A stretch of DNA of 64,000 nucleotides from Octopus sinensis (lineage: Eukaryota), in assembly GCF_006345805.1 (NCBI RefSeq), contig NC_043022.1, positions 15,376,001 to 15,440,000 on the forward strand, in the 5' to 3' direction. The translations under genes and the position numbers were made by a program. Position 1 is the first letter of the stretch; each line of letters opens with the position of its first letter. This document shows, piece by piece, positions 12,181 to 25,938 of the stretch. Under the pieces are notes generated by a model. It saw only the letters and a program-made list of their open reading frames with translations. It searched no databases and was not told where the DNA came from.

Positions 12181-12939
12181 GGGTGAGGAGTTTTAGGAAA
12201 TTCACACGAGTCAGCTTTTGTTCTCTCATAACTTTTGGGAAAACGTGTATTTTTAAATGAAACTTTCTACAAATACTTTTCAGAGTGTGTAAACTACGAC
12301 CACAGCGGAATTTAATATGCAATAAGCCAAATGGTGAACACACCAACACACATACTGAGACACATCACGATTGTTTTCGAAATATCGAATTTCCTTTTGT
12401 AGACGAATGTGATGATGGTCCAGTATATATGTGTACGTGTGTACCAATTTTGTTTTCCATATTAAATTCCAATATAATTGTAATCTATATACTCTGAAAG
12501 GTATGTGTAGAAAGTTTAATAAAAAAAAATTCTGGAGGTTATGAGAAAACACAGCCAACACAGTGAATTTTTAAAAACTTCTCCCACCCTAAATTTCATT
12601 TCAAATTTCGATATAACCCAAATCTAAACCATCTGAAAGGTATTTGTTGAAAATATCATTTGATGGTGGGGGAAGAGTTATGCGGAAACAAAGTCAGCAA
12701 GGCACACTTGTATAAGTATGCCACTAACAATAGAATATTCTACGAAACTAAAACACAGTACAAAACGGAAGGGGGTACTTAAGAAAGGGGTACTTAAACA
12801 CAGGGGTCCCAATGCATCTACATAACAATGTTTTTACAGTGCACACTCGTAAGGGGGTTAGGGTTGAGATTAGTTTTAGGGTTAGAGGTTAGGGTTACGT
12901 AGATGCGTCGGGACATCTGAATTTAAGAAGCACCCGGAA

Positions 12940-13140
12940 GGGACCCCAAAGAAATAACCAGGCCCGGCTCAAGGTACCGTGACGTCATGTGTTAGGGGGT
13001 GCCAAGGAGGGCGTCACAAAGAGACGGAAATTTCCACGACCGTCATCTTGTATAAGCCGTAGTTCAGCTTACCCGGGTCGCCAGCAACCTTGGGGCCGGC
13101 CCTGGAAATTACAACTAAAATCCCGGAATCTTTAAAAAAA
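12940..13140. promoter_or_regulatory. CpG/GC-rich island with CRE motif; candidate promoter or 5' UTR exon of the minus-strand gene
   Basis: Locally GC-rich unique sequence; TGACGTCA at 12980-12987; minus-strand donor CGG|GTAAGC at 13072. Confidence 0.35.
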
Positions 13141-13799
13141 AAAGTATGCTATGTTACAGTATATAAACAATCCTGTAAAATGGTAATTAAGTCATTTTAA
13201 TTAGTCTTCGAAATTATACGCTCTCTTGCTTGCTAATAAAGTATTATTTGTGTATGGTATTTAAATGTCTACAAAAAAAAAAAGAAAATTCTACGGTGTG
13301 TTGTTTTCATGTTTATAAAATACCTCAGAAAACGATAATTAACTTGGTTTAATTAATTAATATTAGTAAATCGCTAACATAAAATGGATATTTATTTGTA
13401 AAATGCGTGAAATGTATGTCGTTTCTTTCGTGGCCCCTTCCGTTCTGTAAACGAGAGGCTGTTGTTTATAAAGACATTTAATAATCTCACCTTCCTGTCA
13501 AAATCAGGTTCTCGGAAATTTTAAATGAATCGATCAGATATTAACTTCATGGTTCCGTTACAAAATTTAAAGCCGGTCGAATCGCAATTAATATACAAGT
13601 TCTTAAATGGGGAAATTTTAATGTCTGTCTATATATATATGTGTATTTATTTATAAACTGGTCCACATAAGTTTGTTCCTGCGAGTTGGCTTCCTCATAA
13701 CGTTCAGAAAAAACGGGTCACTTTTTGCTGAAATTGTCAACAAATGCCTTTCGGATTGTGTAAATTAACGATTATTTTAGAATTTAATAACAAAAGAAA

Positions 13800-13905
13800 G
13801 GAGAAATCCACGCTTGCATAATTGGCGCACATCGCAATTATAGAAAAATTTCAATTTTCACCGAGTAAAATATGTCAGTGTAGGTACGTGCAAGCCCGCC
13901 AATTA
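13800..13905. promoter_or_regulatory. E2F-like motif pair between the divergent genes
   Basis: TTGGCGC at 13822-13828 and CCCGCCAA at 13895-13902; a third, GGCGCCAA, at 14901-14908. Confidence 0.3.
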
Positions 13906-14715
13906 TTTCCCCTCAGACTTATCTCTTTTTCTGCAAGTTATGAGGAAATAAAGTCCTAAATGAGCACATTTGTGCAGGTACGTGCAAATATACACAGACA
14001 CATACGTGCATGCATATATGTGTGTGCGTGTATGCATATACACACATATATATATATATATATATGAGCGTGCACATGCATACATATATACATGCATTTT
14101 TATATACGTTTTGCAAACGTTACAAATTTAGTTTCGGGAACAACCGAGTCCTTTTATCTCGCTAAATTATTACATAAAACTTACAATGCACAACGAAGGA
14201 AGTTCAAGTAAAGCAATTAAAATATTAAATAGCAGATAATTTTCAAACGTGGCTATGGTATATGTGTACGATTTCATTGTACCTTAAGGAAGTTTTTTCT
14301 TTCCCCCAAAGTCTGGTTAAGGCGAATCTAATCCAAACAAAATGTTATCTTACACAAAGAAACGTGTCATTAGACAGAATGGAGAGACGAGAGAGAGAGA
14401 GAAGGCGTAAGTCTTGTAATGAAGAAGAACATAATTGATTCTTTGCACAGGAAATTATGAATTTATTCGATGGGGGAGGAATGAGCAACGGGAAATCCAT
14501 ATTTCTGTAAGTTTTGTAGGCGTGAACCGAAATAATCACAAAGATAAAGTATACTACATACACACACAGGCGGAAAGCTGGTTAAAGCATCCCATAGAAT
14601 TCCTTCGTAACATTCTCTTTGGAAATATTCTCAGAAAATCTTTGCGAATTTCATACAATTATGCAAAACACAAATTTTGGAACCCTCCAAATTAAAGGAT
14701 GAAATATAATTCAGC

Positions 14716-14757
<42 letters not shown>

Positions 14758-15353
14758 ATAGGGCAAGACTCCTAGGTAGTCTGCCGCATGCTAGAAATAG
14801 ATCATCAACGATCAAACTATATATATATATATATAGGTTCTCGAGCAGTTATATTGTTGGTTAAGTTATATATACCGGATTAGAAGGTTACCGATAGTTC
14901 GGCGCCAACTATTGCACTTGGCAACAGCGATGATTCTTCGGAAGCTCTTTTTTTTCTTCTTTCTGACTCATGGACAGCTAAACCCATACATGACACACAC
15001 AGACACAAATTACAGCGCGGAAGACACAGAATTGATATTTAAAAAAGAGAAACACACTCCAAGACTATAATAATAAATGCTTAAATGAAGTCAGGTTTTT
15101 GGACCGATGCTTTTTAAATATCTTCTGTGTCTTCCGCGCTGTAATTGTTTGACTTTCAACACGGTCTCATATCAAATTAATATATATATATATATATAGA
15201 TCTGATGTATATATAAATATATATAAATTTAAGATGAGGGTGCGAAATTAGATACTAATTTAATTAACATCGATTTCACACCAGTGGCCTAGTACATAAA
15301 AGAAACTGAAGGTTCAGTAAAATTATATTATATACAACTCCCTCTAATATGTG

Positions 15354-15397
<44 letters not shown>

Positions 15398-15833
15398 ATA
15401 TACTAATATTGAGGGGCCAGCAAAAGAAATGCATCACCACATACCGAAGTTCAGAAATAGCAGCCAAAATTTAAGTCATTTCTTCTACTTGCTATATATA
15501 TATATATTGATTGATTGATTGATTCTAGTTTCAGCTTATGAGCTGTGGCCATGCTGGGGCACCGATATATATATATATATTGTTGTGTCTGGGGAGAGTC
15601 ATTTTGTCTTTGTGCCCAGACACAACAGAATATGCTTCAACACACGAACTCATATAAAGAATCTTGCAAACCAAATCCCAAAAGGAAATATATAGAAGAA
15701 TATATATGTATATATATATTTTTTTATATATGTAGTAGAAAGAAGAGCCAAAACTCTTTTGACTGCTATTTCTAAATTCGGTGTGTGGTGAGGCAAATCG
15801 TTGCTAAACCCTTAATTACTTAGTATTACTTAC

Positions 15834-15880
<47 letters not shown>

Positions 15881-16358
15881 GTGTGTGCGTGATATGTCTA
15901 CACGGTGCAATAAATATTTGGAAAAGAAAAACAATAGCAATTTCGTTTGCATTTCATAAACATCTTCTAAAACAAACCTTATTCCGCTGGGTGGGAAAAC
16001 AAAAGACATCACAAATAAATTCCTTAAAGTTTTGTTCTTTCTTCTTTCTTTTTTATATCTCTTCATTCGTTGTTGGTCATCTCTCTCTCTCTCTTTCTTT
16101 CTCTTTTCTCCCCTTTCTGCAGGGAGAGAGAGAGAGAGACAAGGGACTGTCGGCGGTGGGGGGAGCCCAGATACGACGACGGTAGGTGGAGGCGATCAGT
16201 GGTGGTGGTCACTTTCGTGCAGGAGGGTTCCCGTTTTTTTTGGTTTGTTTGTTTGTTTTTGTTGTTCTTTTTTTTTTCTATGTGTTTTAACCTGGATTCG
16301 TTAAAACAATCTTGCAAGCACATATAATAATTAAAAAGTCCCCACAAGACACATATAT

Positions 16359-16413
<55 letters not shown>

Positions 16414-16728
16414 ATATAAAGCATATATATATATGTGTGTATATATGCGATGTAGGCCTCAGCTCTTGCAATTAAATTACTTTATTTAAATACAACACAA
16501 AAGCTTAATTCATAAAGGAAAAAGGGAGGGAGGGAAAGGAGGAGGTGAAGGAGCAGAGAGAGTGGGAGTGGAAGCAGCGCGTTAGAGTGATCTCCCTTGG
16601 AGCTGTTACGGCCCTTACGGAACTCTCCTGTGCGACGAAAGCACGTTGAGTGCGTAATGTTGTTGGTGTTGTTGTGATTGTTGTTGATTGTTGTTGTTGT
16701 TGTTGTTGTAGCATGTGGAGGAGAAAAT

Positions 16729-16802
16729 ATGGAGGCGGATGAGGAAAGGCAGCGTATGGAAGGCTTTGTACGCGATTTGTTCGCCAAGACCGAGGATTTC
16801 AA
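16729..16802 (+). CDS. HIRIP3: HIRIP3-like exon 1 ([24 protein letters not shown])
   Basis: ATG at 16729 and donor AA|GTAAG at 16803 (phase 2). Resembles the HIRIP3 N-terminus (EMQEFTRSFFRGRPDL). Confidence 0.8.
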
Positions 16803-16859
16803 GTAAGATTTTAGAGAGATATACGTATATATGTGTGTGTAGATTCTGAACATATATAC

Positions 16860-17187
16860 ATGTAATATGTATATATACACACGTGTGTGTATGTGTATAT
16901 ATATATATATATGTATATATGAATGTATATATGTATATATATATGTATGTGTATGTATATATATATGTATGTGTATGTATATATATATGTATGTGTATGT
17001 ATGTATATATATATGTGTATGTATGTGTATATATATATATGTATGTATGTATATATATATGTATGTGTATGTATGTATATATATATGTGTATATATATAT
17101 ATATATGTATGTATATATATATATATGTGTATATATATATATGTATATATATATGTATGTATATATATATGTATGTATATATATATT

Positions 17188-17279
<92 letters not shown>

Positions 17280-17360
17280 TGTATGTATATATATATGTAT
17301 GTATATATATATACATATATATGTGTATAGATATGTATGTGTGTATATATATGTGTGTAT
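16860..17360. repeat. (TA/TG) compound microsatellite at the start of HIRIP3 intron 1
   Basis: Direct reading of the sequence. Confidence 0.95.
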
Positions 17361-18080
17361 AATGTGTGGGTTGAGTGTTGAACCGTACTTATAATATGTG
17401 AATGAATTTGTATTCTATATATACATATATATACTCACTCAGACATACGCCATATCGGTATATATATATATATATATATATATATACTCACCAATATATA
17501 TATACATATGTGTGTGTGTTAGCCTAAAGGTTGTGGCCATGCTTGGGCACGTCCACCGCTCGCATCTTTCTCACCACCTGTCATTCAAGGAGTTTCGGCA
17601 AATCGTTGGTTTTTCTGGTCAATGGCGTTTAGGGACCAACGCAAATTCTCCATCGGAAGAAATGGAGCGAGTCAGTCGGCATCTCCCATTTGGTGGGGGA
17701 CAGAAATGGACACGAATTAAGGAATTTTAAGAGCTGGACCCGAGTGCCGCGGTCCTACGATGTTTTCCAACTTACTGATAAGTGCCAATATGTATTTCAT
17801 ACAAACACACACACGTATATATATATATATATATATATACATACTTACCAATATATATATATATATATAATTAATTAAGGGTAGAAATCAATATTTATCA
17901 ATTAAAACCAGTGGTCTAGCATACAATATATTTTCACTTATTTATTGCTTGGGTTTGTGTTGAGTTTGATTTGAGAACATAATCTTTTGTGGAGAATGGC
18001 GATTTGACGTCTATATCTAGCATGTTGACTGTCCACTTTTCGTGTTCAGTCCTTAATTGGTATATATATATATATATAAT

Positions 18081-18118
<38 letters not shown>

Positions 18119-18583
18119 ACTGTTTTCCCACTTCTAGTATATTTTATTGTTTCCCGTTGAATAAAAGATGTATGGAAATGCTAACATGACGTACTTCGGG
18201 TATATAATTTATATATTCACACTCGTTGACATGTACTTTTTAATAGTTCATACCAACAGACGAGTGTGTATGTGTGTTTACACTTATGTGTGTATTTGTT
18301 ATTTTTATGGATTGTAGGGGTTACCACGACTTTATGGCGGGAGTTTTAGAATGGGGATAACAATGTGCCCCCTTTTTTATTCTTCTCCCCTCTCCTCTCG
18401 ATATCCTATGAAAAAAAAAAATAGGCAACTAATTCCGTTCGAGTTCCGGTGACATATCTGTAACCATATTTTATTAATTTGTTTGGAAACAGAACTAAAA
18501 ACAGCTCATACCATACTAAACACATACTGACAAATTAAAAAGGAAATATAGTTTACTAAATAAAGTTTCTTTTGGCAGCAATG

Positions 18584-18618
<35 letters not shown>

Positions 18619-19214
18619 GAAATCATTTAATTATTATTGCTGCTGGAACGTTGGAAGCTGTAGTTGGTAAAGTGAAAATCAAATAATGACAAATCTTTAT
18701 TTAAAAATAGCAAGTCAAGTCTTTATCGTTCGTTTCTTTTGATGGACTTGAGCTTTCTAAAGTGAAGTGTTATTAAATTTACTTCCTTTCTGAGAAAAGC
18801 TTTTATTTTTAAACATTTATTGAAAACGCGACTCTGTTCTCTCTCTTTCGGTTTATTTATGTATTTATGTTTCCTTTTATGAGTTCAAAAACAGATCAAA
18901 GCAGGACAAAAGCGTTTCGAATACGCGTTTGGATTCCCGATAATTTAGATTATCATAATAATCCCTTTGTGTGTTCGCAGCTGGAGCTTAAATCGACGCT
19001 CGACAGATTTGTCTCTGGTCCGGTCTTAAAACTTCTAAACTTTTTTCACGTTACACTAAAATATTTATAGGTGTGACTCGGTAACTGGCAGTTTCGGTAC
19101 TCAGAGAGTTTTAGTTGTCTTTTTTTATTGCGGTGAATATTGACGATGAAAAAAAAAAAAAATATGGCTTAATCAAATTTAACATTCCACAATACAGTTT
19201 ACCATCCTGTTTCC

Positions 19215-19249
<35 letters not shown>

Positions 19250-20543
19250 TGTGCTTTACAACAACGAAACGAAACAATTAGCGATCGATTTCGCTGTCAC
19301 GAAAATGTTATATATATGAACATTTAGGGATCCCGTTTTCTTTGTAGGTTTATAAAGCATTGTGTTTCTGGATAGTTGAAGATAGTGCACAGCTGCTGAC
19401 GAAGACTCCAGAACAAGTCGAAAAATGGATACAGCTGTTTCCCGTGTTAATGCCACGCATCTTGTATTAAGTTGTTCGTACAATACTGTTGGCAAATAAA
19501 TCTATAGATATGTTCCATAATACACCGTTAACTCCTCGGGAATTTAATGTGTGTGTGTGTTTTGTGCTCGTGCCACGTAGAAAGCACTCGGCCCACACCA
19601 TAAGGTGGTTAGTGTTTGGAGGGGCATCCAGCTGTAAAAACCATGCCAAAACAGGCCCCACTGGTGTCTCGTAAAAAGCACCCAGTCCACTCTGTAATGT
19701 GGTTGGTGTTAGGAAGGACATTTGGCCATTAAAAACCCTGCCGAAACAGACGGTGAAGCCTGGTGCAGCCTTCTGCCTCGTAAACTCCTGCTAAACCCTC
19801 CAACCATGCCAGCGTGGAAAACGGACGTTAAATGATGATGCTGATGAATATATATGTGGCTGTGTTGTAAGAAGTTTGCTTGCGAGTGGATCTGGTAGAA
19901 GGAAACTAAAAAGAAGCCTGTCGTGTATATTCATGTTTGTGTATATCTGTCTATCTATATATCATCATCATCGTTTAACATCCGCTTTCCATGCTGGCAT
20001 GGGTTGGACGGTTTGACTGGAAACTGGTAAGCGGGTGGGTGGGGGCTGCACCAGGTTCCGATCTGATTCAGCAAGGTGTCTACAGCCAGATGCTCTTCTT
20101 AATGTCAACCACTCCAAGAGTGTAGTGGGTGCTTTTTACATGCCACCAGCATGGGTGTCATTAACCTTACACAAGTATGGGCCACGACTGTGATCTCAAT
20201 CAGTTTGACAGGTCAACACAAGGGTGATATATCACCAAAGGTCTTGGTCACCTGTCTCTGCTTCCATGAGGTCCAACGTCACAGACACAGGTGTCAGTCA
20301 GATGACATTGTACTAGCCATGACTATGATTTCACTCGGTTCAACAGGTCATCACAAGCACAGAATATCACCCAATGATTGAGGGGTATTTTTAACAAACC
20401 AGTTACACAATACTGGTATCAGCCACAACTATGATATATCTATATATATATATATTGTGAGTAGTAATATTCCTAAAATAATAGGTTTAAGTATAAATCT
20501 TGGTTTATAAACATTCAAATTAAAATTCAGAAAATGAAATTTT

Positions 20544-20903
20544 GGAGTGGCTGTGTGGTAAGTAGCTTGCTTACCAACCACATGGTTCTGGATTCAGTCC
20601 CACAGTGTGGCACCTTGGGCAAGTGTCTTCTACTATAGCCTCGGGCCGACCAAAGCCTTATGAGTGGATTTGGTAGACGGAAACTGAAAGAAGCCCGTCG
20701 TATATATGTGTGTGTGCTTGTTCCTCACCATCGCTTGACAACCGATGCTGGTGTGTTTACATCCCTGTAACTTAGCAGTTTGGCAAAAGTGACCGATAGA
20801 ATAAGTACTAGGCTTACAAAGAATAAGTCCTGGGGTAGATTTGTTCAACTAAAGGCTGTGCTCCAGCATGGCCACAGTCAAATGACTGAAACAAATAAAA
20901 GAA
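20544..20903 (+). mobile_element. SINE family A copy
   Basis: Same head, body and tail as 669-1070. Confidence 0.85.
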
Positions 20904-21586
20904 TACACACACACACACACAAAAACGTGTGTGTGTGTGTCTTAGTGTATGTCTTTTGTCTCTGCTACTTCTCAATAACCTATGTTGGTGTGTTTATGTC
21001 TCCATAACTTAACAGTTTGACAAATGAGACTGACAAAATAATTACCAGGCTTTAAAAAATAAATATGGCAGTCAATTCATTTGATTAAAATTCTTGAAGG
21101 TGTTGGTGCTCCAGCATGGCCACAGTCTAATGAACTGAATCAAGTAAAAGATGGAAGATAATGATATTATGATTATCCTCATCATTTAATATCTGTGTAC
21201 CTTGCTGGCATGGGTTGGACGGTCTGATGGGATCCAGTGGATCCAAAGACCGCAACCACATGGCCATAATGAATTGACACCTTTGTTACTCATGTGTATG
21301 TATATATATATGTACACATATATACAGAGAGACAGATACGCATGTCTATATGTATACGAGGGTCCCAAAAGAACATATACACACTTCGACTAAATTTTTT
21401 CTTTCTTCTTTAGATTTAACCCGTTAAAGATAACGAAGGGAGCCAAACTAAGCTTTGTGCAAGAAGAATGTGTCCTAAAATGCTACTGGAACTTTGAAAA
21501 TGCAAAGAGGGTTTAGGTGGTGGGGGAGTTTCAAACAGATCCATTAATGTGACTTAGTATCATCCAAATTAGAGATGAGTTTGAAG

Positions 21587-21826
21587 CAGAGCTGTGGAGT
21601 CGAAACAAAAAGCATCGACTCTGACTCCTCTACTATTGGCACCTCTGACTCTGACTCATCTTTCTGTAATAAAGTGGTTGTGACCTACATATCTCATAAA
21701 GCATGTGCATACGCTTGTCCTTTGAGTAGGCCTTTATGTTACAACTGGTTTATATTAAAGAATAAAGATATTGTGAGTCGGAATCAGAGTCGGTATAGTT
21801 TAACTGACTCCAACTCCACAGCCCTG
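21587..21826. mobile_element. hAT-type MITE (CAGGGCTGTGGAGTCG TIR)
   Basis: TIRs at both ends; 8-bp TSD GTTTGAAG/GTTTGAAA. Confidence 0.75.
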
Positions 21827-21829
21827 GTT

Positions 21830-22115
21830 TGAAAAAGATGGAACTATTCAGGATGTCTACAAAAAATATTCTGAAAGACCATGGATATGGAGGAGCCCCA
21901 CAAAGCAAAAACAGGGCACTAGAAGCATAGTGCCAGAGTTTAAGGAAATCTGTATTCTGCAAGAATGCCATGAGATAGGAATTTCAAAGACAAACATCCA
22001 TCAATTGCATTTTGAAGTTTGGTCATTGGAAAAGTCATATTCCAAGAATAATCCAAACTCTTAAAGAAGACAATCCAGATCAAAGAATGGTATTTGGCAA
22101 GATGTTCAGAAAATT
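21830..22115 (+). mobile_element. degenerate Tc1/mariner-superfamily transposase HTH fragment
   Basis: Frameshifted EIGISKTNIH...HWKSHIPRIIQTLKEDNPDQRMVF. Confidence 0.55.
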
Positions 22116-22132
22116 CTCTTTTTTTTCTCTTT

Positions 22133-22524
22133 CTCTTTTTACTTGTTTCAGTCATTTGACTGCGGCCATGCTGGAGCACCGCCTTTAGTCAAGCAAATCG
22201 ACCCCGGGACTTATTCTTTGTAAGCCCAGTACTTATTCTATCGGTCTCTTTTGCCGAACCACTAAGTAACAGGGACATAAACACACCAGCATCGGTTGTC
22301 AAGCAATGCTAGGGGAACAAACACAAACACACACACACTTATATATATATATACATATATACGACAGGCTTCTTTCAGTTTCCGTCTACCAAATCCACTA
22401 ACAAGGCATTGGTCGGCCCGGGGCTATAGCAGAAGACACTTGCCCAAGATGCCACGCAGTGGGACTGAACCCGGAACCATGTGGTTGGTTAGCAAGCTAC
22501 TTACCACACAGCCACTCCTGCGCC
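22133..22524 (-). mobile_element. SINE family A copy
   Basis: Reverse complement of the family A consensus. Confidence 0.85.
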
Positions 22525-23789
22525 TATACATACTTTCTAACGAAGATTGTTTGAAGTGATGGCGTTACGTTTAAATTAAATGGCTCAATTAACCACCCCA
22601 ATGGCACCCAATGGGGACCCAAGAATCTGTATAGTATGGAGGAACATCATGTTAATTTACCAGGAGTTACAGGATGGTGTGGGTTATAATGAAAAGGGTT
22701 TAATTGGACCAGTCGTCTTTTGATGACCCTGTGAATGATCCCATCTACGAAGCATTGTGAGAGGATTTTGTAGGTGGAAACTGAAAGAAGCCCATCATGG
22801 CTATACATGCATATAAACTGTTGGATACGAGAATGGGTGTTCCACTTGATTTGATCAACGGAACAGCCTGCTTGTGAAATTAATGTGCAAGTGGCCGAGC
22901 GCTCCACAGATACATGTATACTCTTAATGTAGTTCTCTGGGAGATTCAGTGCGACTGGTTTGACAGGAGCTGGCAAGGCTGGAGAGCTGCACCAGGTTCC
23001 AATTGTCTGTTTTGGCATGGTTCCTGTGGCTGGATGCTCTTTCTAATGCCGACACCTATAAAAAGGGTACTGGGTGCTTTATATGTGGCACCAGCACCAG
23101 GGCTTTTTATTGCCCCAGTACAACTGCTTTCTATGTGGCACCAGTGCCTTTTTACATTGTACCAGCAACAGTGTTTTTATGTGCCACGAGTGCTGACAAA
23201 GTCACCAAGTAAATTACAGGACAAAAACCCCTTCAAGAGGGGGACGAGGAGGAGTAGTGAGGGTGGTGGTGGTGGTGGCTGTGCTAATTGACGAGAGGTG
23301 AGAGGTGTGGAGGGACAAGTTCAGGGGTAGGGGTAGACAGCTGTCATGTCTCAATCATAATGTTTAATATATGTCAGTATATTTTTGTAGCTTGTCATTT
23401 ATGTTTATATATTAGTCAGACTTTAGTTTGTCAAGTAAAGACTTGCTAAAAATCAAGATTTCCTTACTTAGGAAAATTTTCAATTATTTCGGAATTTGAG
23501 GTCATTTCTTTTGGGTCTTAAACCCAAAAAAGAAAAAAATCAATTATTGGAACTAATCAGACCTCACTGGTGCTGAGTACCAAGTAAAAAGCATCCTGTC
23601 CGCTCTATAAAGTGGTTGACATTAGGAAGGGCATCCAGCTGTAGAAACATTGCCAGATCAGATTGGAGCCTGGTGAGGCCTCCTGGCTTGCCAGTCCCCA
23701 GTCAAACCGTCCAACCCATGCCAGCATGGAAAATGGACGTTAAATTATTATTATTATGATAGACGTCTCACAGTATCCAATATCGTGAG

Positions 23790-24254
23790 ATTGTTGATTG
23801 AAGATATTGTATCTACCGATGGTTTGTACTGTTTTGTCAAGTCACAACAAGGACCTCAGACAGACACTACTTTATGCAATATGCATGCAGGTCCAAGTAA
23901 TGCCGACTTTTGCAATACATCTAGATTGTAGGGTATTTCTAAAATTTTTAGATGTTTTTTCTTCAGCTTGGGTGGTATTGAACCCAATGCTCCGATGACA
24001 ACAGGGACAACCTTTACGTCTGACTCTCGTAGCTGCCACATCTTAGCAATCTCAATTCTCAGGTCTCCATATTTATCAACCTTTTCTCTTTCTTTCCTGA
24101 TGATATGTTGATTTCCAGACACTGCTACATTAATTATTAGGCCCTCTTGTTTGTCCCTCTCAAAGGTTACTATATCCGGCTTTTGGTGCTCTAACACTTG
24201 GTCTGTCTGGAAGTCAAAGTCCCAGAGGATTTTTGCCTTCCCCATTTCACCCAT
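23790..24254 (-). mobile_element. C-terminal restriction-like endonuclease fragment of an R4/NeSL-type non-LTR retrotransposon
   Basis: ILWDF...KPDIV...EKVDKY...VVPVVIGALG...LQKSALLG pattern. Confidence 0.75.
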
Positions 24255-24909
24255 TACATCATCATCATCATTTAGCGTCCGCTTTCCATGCTAGCATGGG
24301 TTGGACGGTTCAACTGGGGTCTGGGAAGCCAGAAGGCTGCACCAGGCCCAATTTAATCTGGCAATGTTTCTACGGCTGGATGCCCTTCCTAACACCAACC
24401 ACTCCGTGAGTGTAGTGGGTTTTTTAAAGTGCCACCGACACAGGTGCCAGACGAGTCTGGCAAACGGCCACGATCGGATGGTGCTTTTTATGTGCCACCG
24501 GCACAGGGGCCAGGCGAGGCTGGCAACGGCTACGAATGGATGCTGCTTTTTACGGAGCCACCGGCACGGGGGCCAGACGAGGCTGGCAACGGCCACAAAC
24601 GGATTACCTTTATTATTATCATTATTATTAACATTAAGGTGGTGAGCTAGCAGAATTATTAGCACGCCAGACATAATGCCTAGCAACATTTCGTTCCGAG
24701 TTCAAATTCTGCCAAGGTCGACTTTGCCTTTTATTCTTCCAGGGTTGATAAAATAAGTACCAAGTGAGGATCGGAGTTGATGTCACCAAATCACTCCCCC
24801 ACCTCCCTCGAAATTACTGCCTCAGCGCCTACAGTGGAAAGGGTAATTATCGTTAAATTGGCAAGCTGGCAGAGTCGTTAGCGCACTGTACTTATTCTTT
24901 TATTTTTTT

Positions 24910-25118
24910 TTTTACTTGTTTCAGTCGCTTGACTGTGGTCATGCTGGAGCACCACCCTTAGTCAAAGAAATCGACCCCAGGACTTATTCTTTGTAAGCTA
25001 AGTACTTATTCTATTGGTCTCTTTTGCCGAACTGCTAAGTTATGGGGACGTAAACATACCAGCATTGGTTGTCAAGTGATGGTAGGGGGACAAACACAGA
25101 CACAAACACACACACACA

Positions 25119-25168
<50 letters not shown>

Positions 25169-25342
25169 TGTATGTATGTATACATATATATACTTCTTTC
25201 AGTTTCCATCTACCAAATCCATTCACAAGGCTTTGGTTGGCTTGAGGCTATAGTAGAAGGCACTTGCCCAATGTGCCATGCAGTGGGACTGAACCCATAA
25301 CCATGTGGTTGGTAAGCAAGCTTCTTACCACAGAGCCATGCC
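24910..25342 (-). mobile_element. SINE family A copy
   Basis: Reverse complement of the family A consensus. Confidence 0.8.
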
Positions 25343-25938
25343 TAGCAGCATTTCTTTCAATCTTTATGTTTTGAGTTCAAATGCCACCGGGTTCAGCTTT
25401 GCCTTTTATTCCTTCAGGGTCAATGTAAACCCACTGCCTCAAAATTGATGGACTTTTGCCAAAATTTGGCAACTATTTAAAACAGCTTAATCAGTGATTT
25501 TTTTTTTTTTTTTTAAAGGTTGTAAACCCTAATATTATATCAGTGATTCTTAGGGGATAGTGTATACCGTTAAGATGTTGCTTAGGAGAGAAGTCCTTAA
25601 AAACAGCGAAACGCATCTTGAATTCTCTCACCTCCACATTTCATCGTCCAACCTCCAGATTGTTGATTAGTTTCCTCCCTTGGCATGGGTTGACGCGCTA
25701 ATGACTTTTTCCTTCATTATGAATGGAATTTTAATTGTTTTAACTAATCAAAAATGTGAGTGCCCACTTAACTGGTTTGGGGACTGCTTATATGTTTGCC
25801 ATCAGCTGTGTGAATTTCCCCCTCCCCTCTCTCTCTAATTCACTCACAAAGCTTAGGTGGGCCTGGGGCTTTAGTAGGAGACATTTGCTCAAGGAACCAC
25901 ACTGAAGGAGACAGTAACTAACCGCACCATCTATACAC

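Noticed and set aside
12856-12897. Interstitial telomere
   Set aside because: Only a few degenerate TTAGGG units inside an inverted repeat.
14407-14506. GTAAGT...CAG mini-intron and small plus-strand exon
   Set aside because: The 44-nt intron is too short and there is no supporting coding frame.
16615-17394. Several 130-230-aa Tyr/Ile/Val-rich ORFs
   Set aside because: TA/TG microsatellite; the same applies to 37392-37865 and 59097-60091.
18218-18270. CACACTCGT/ACGAGTGTG stem as a ribozyme
   Set aside because: Only a 9-bp stem with no catalytic core motifs.
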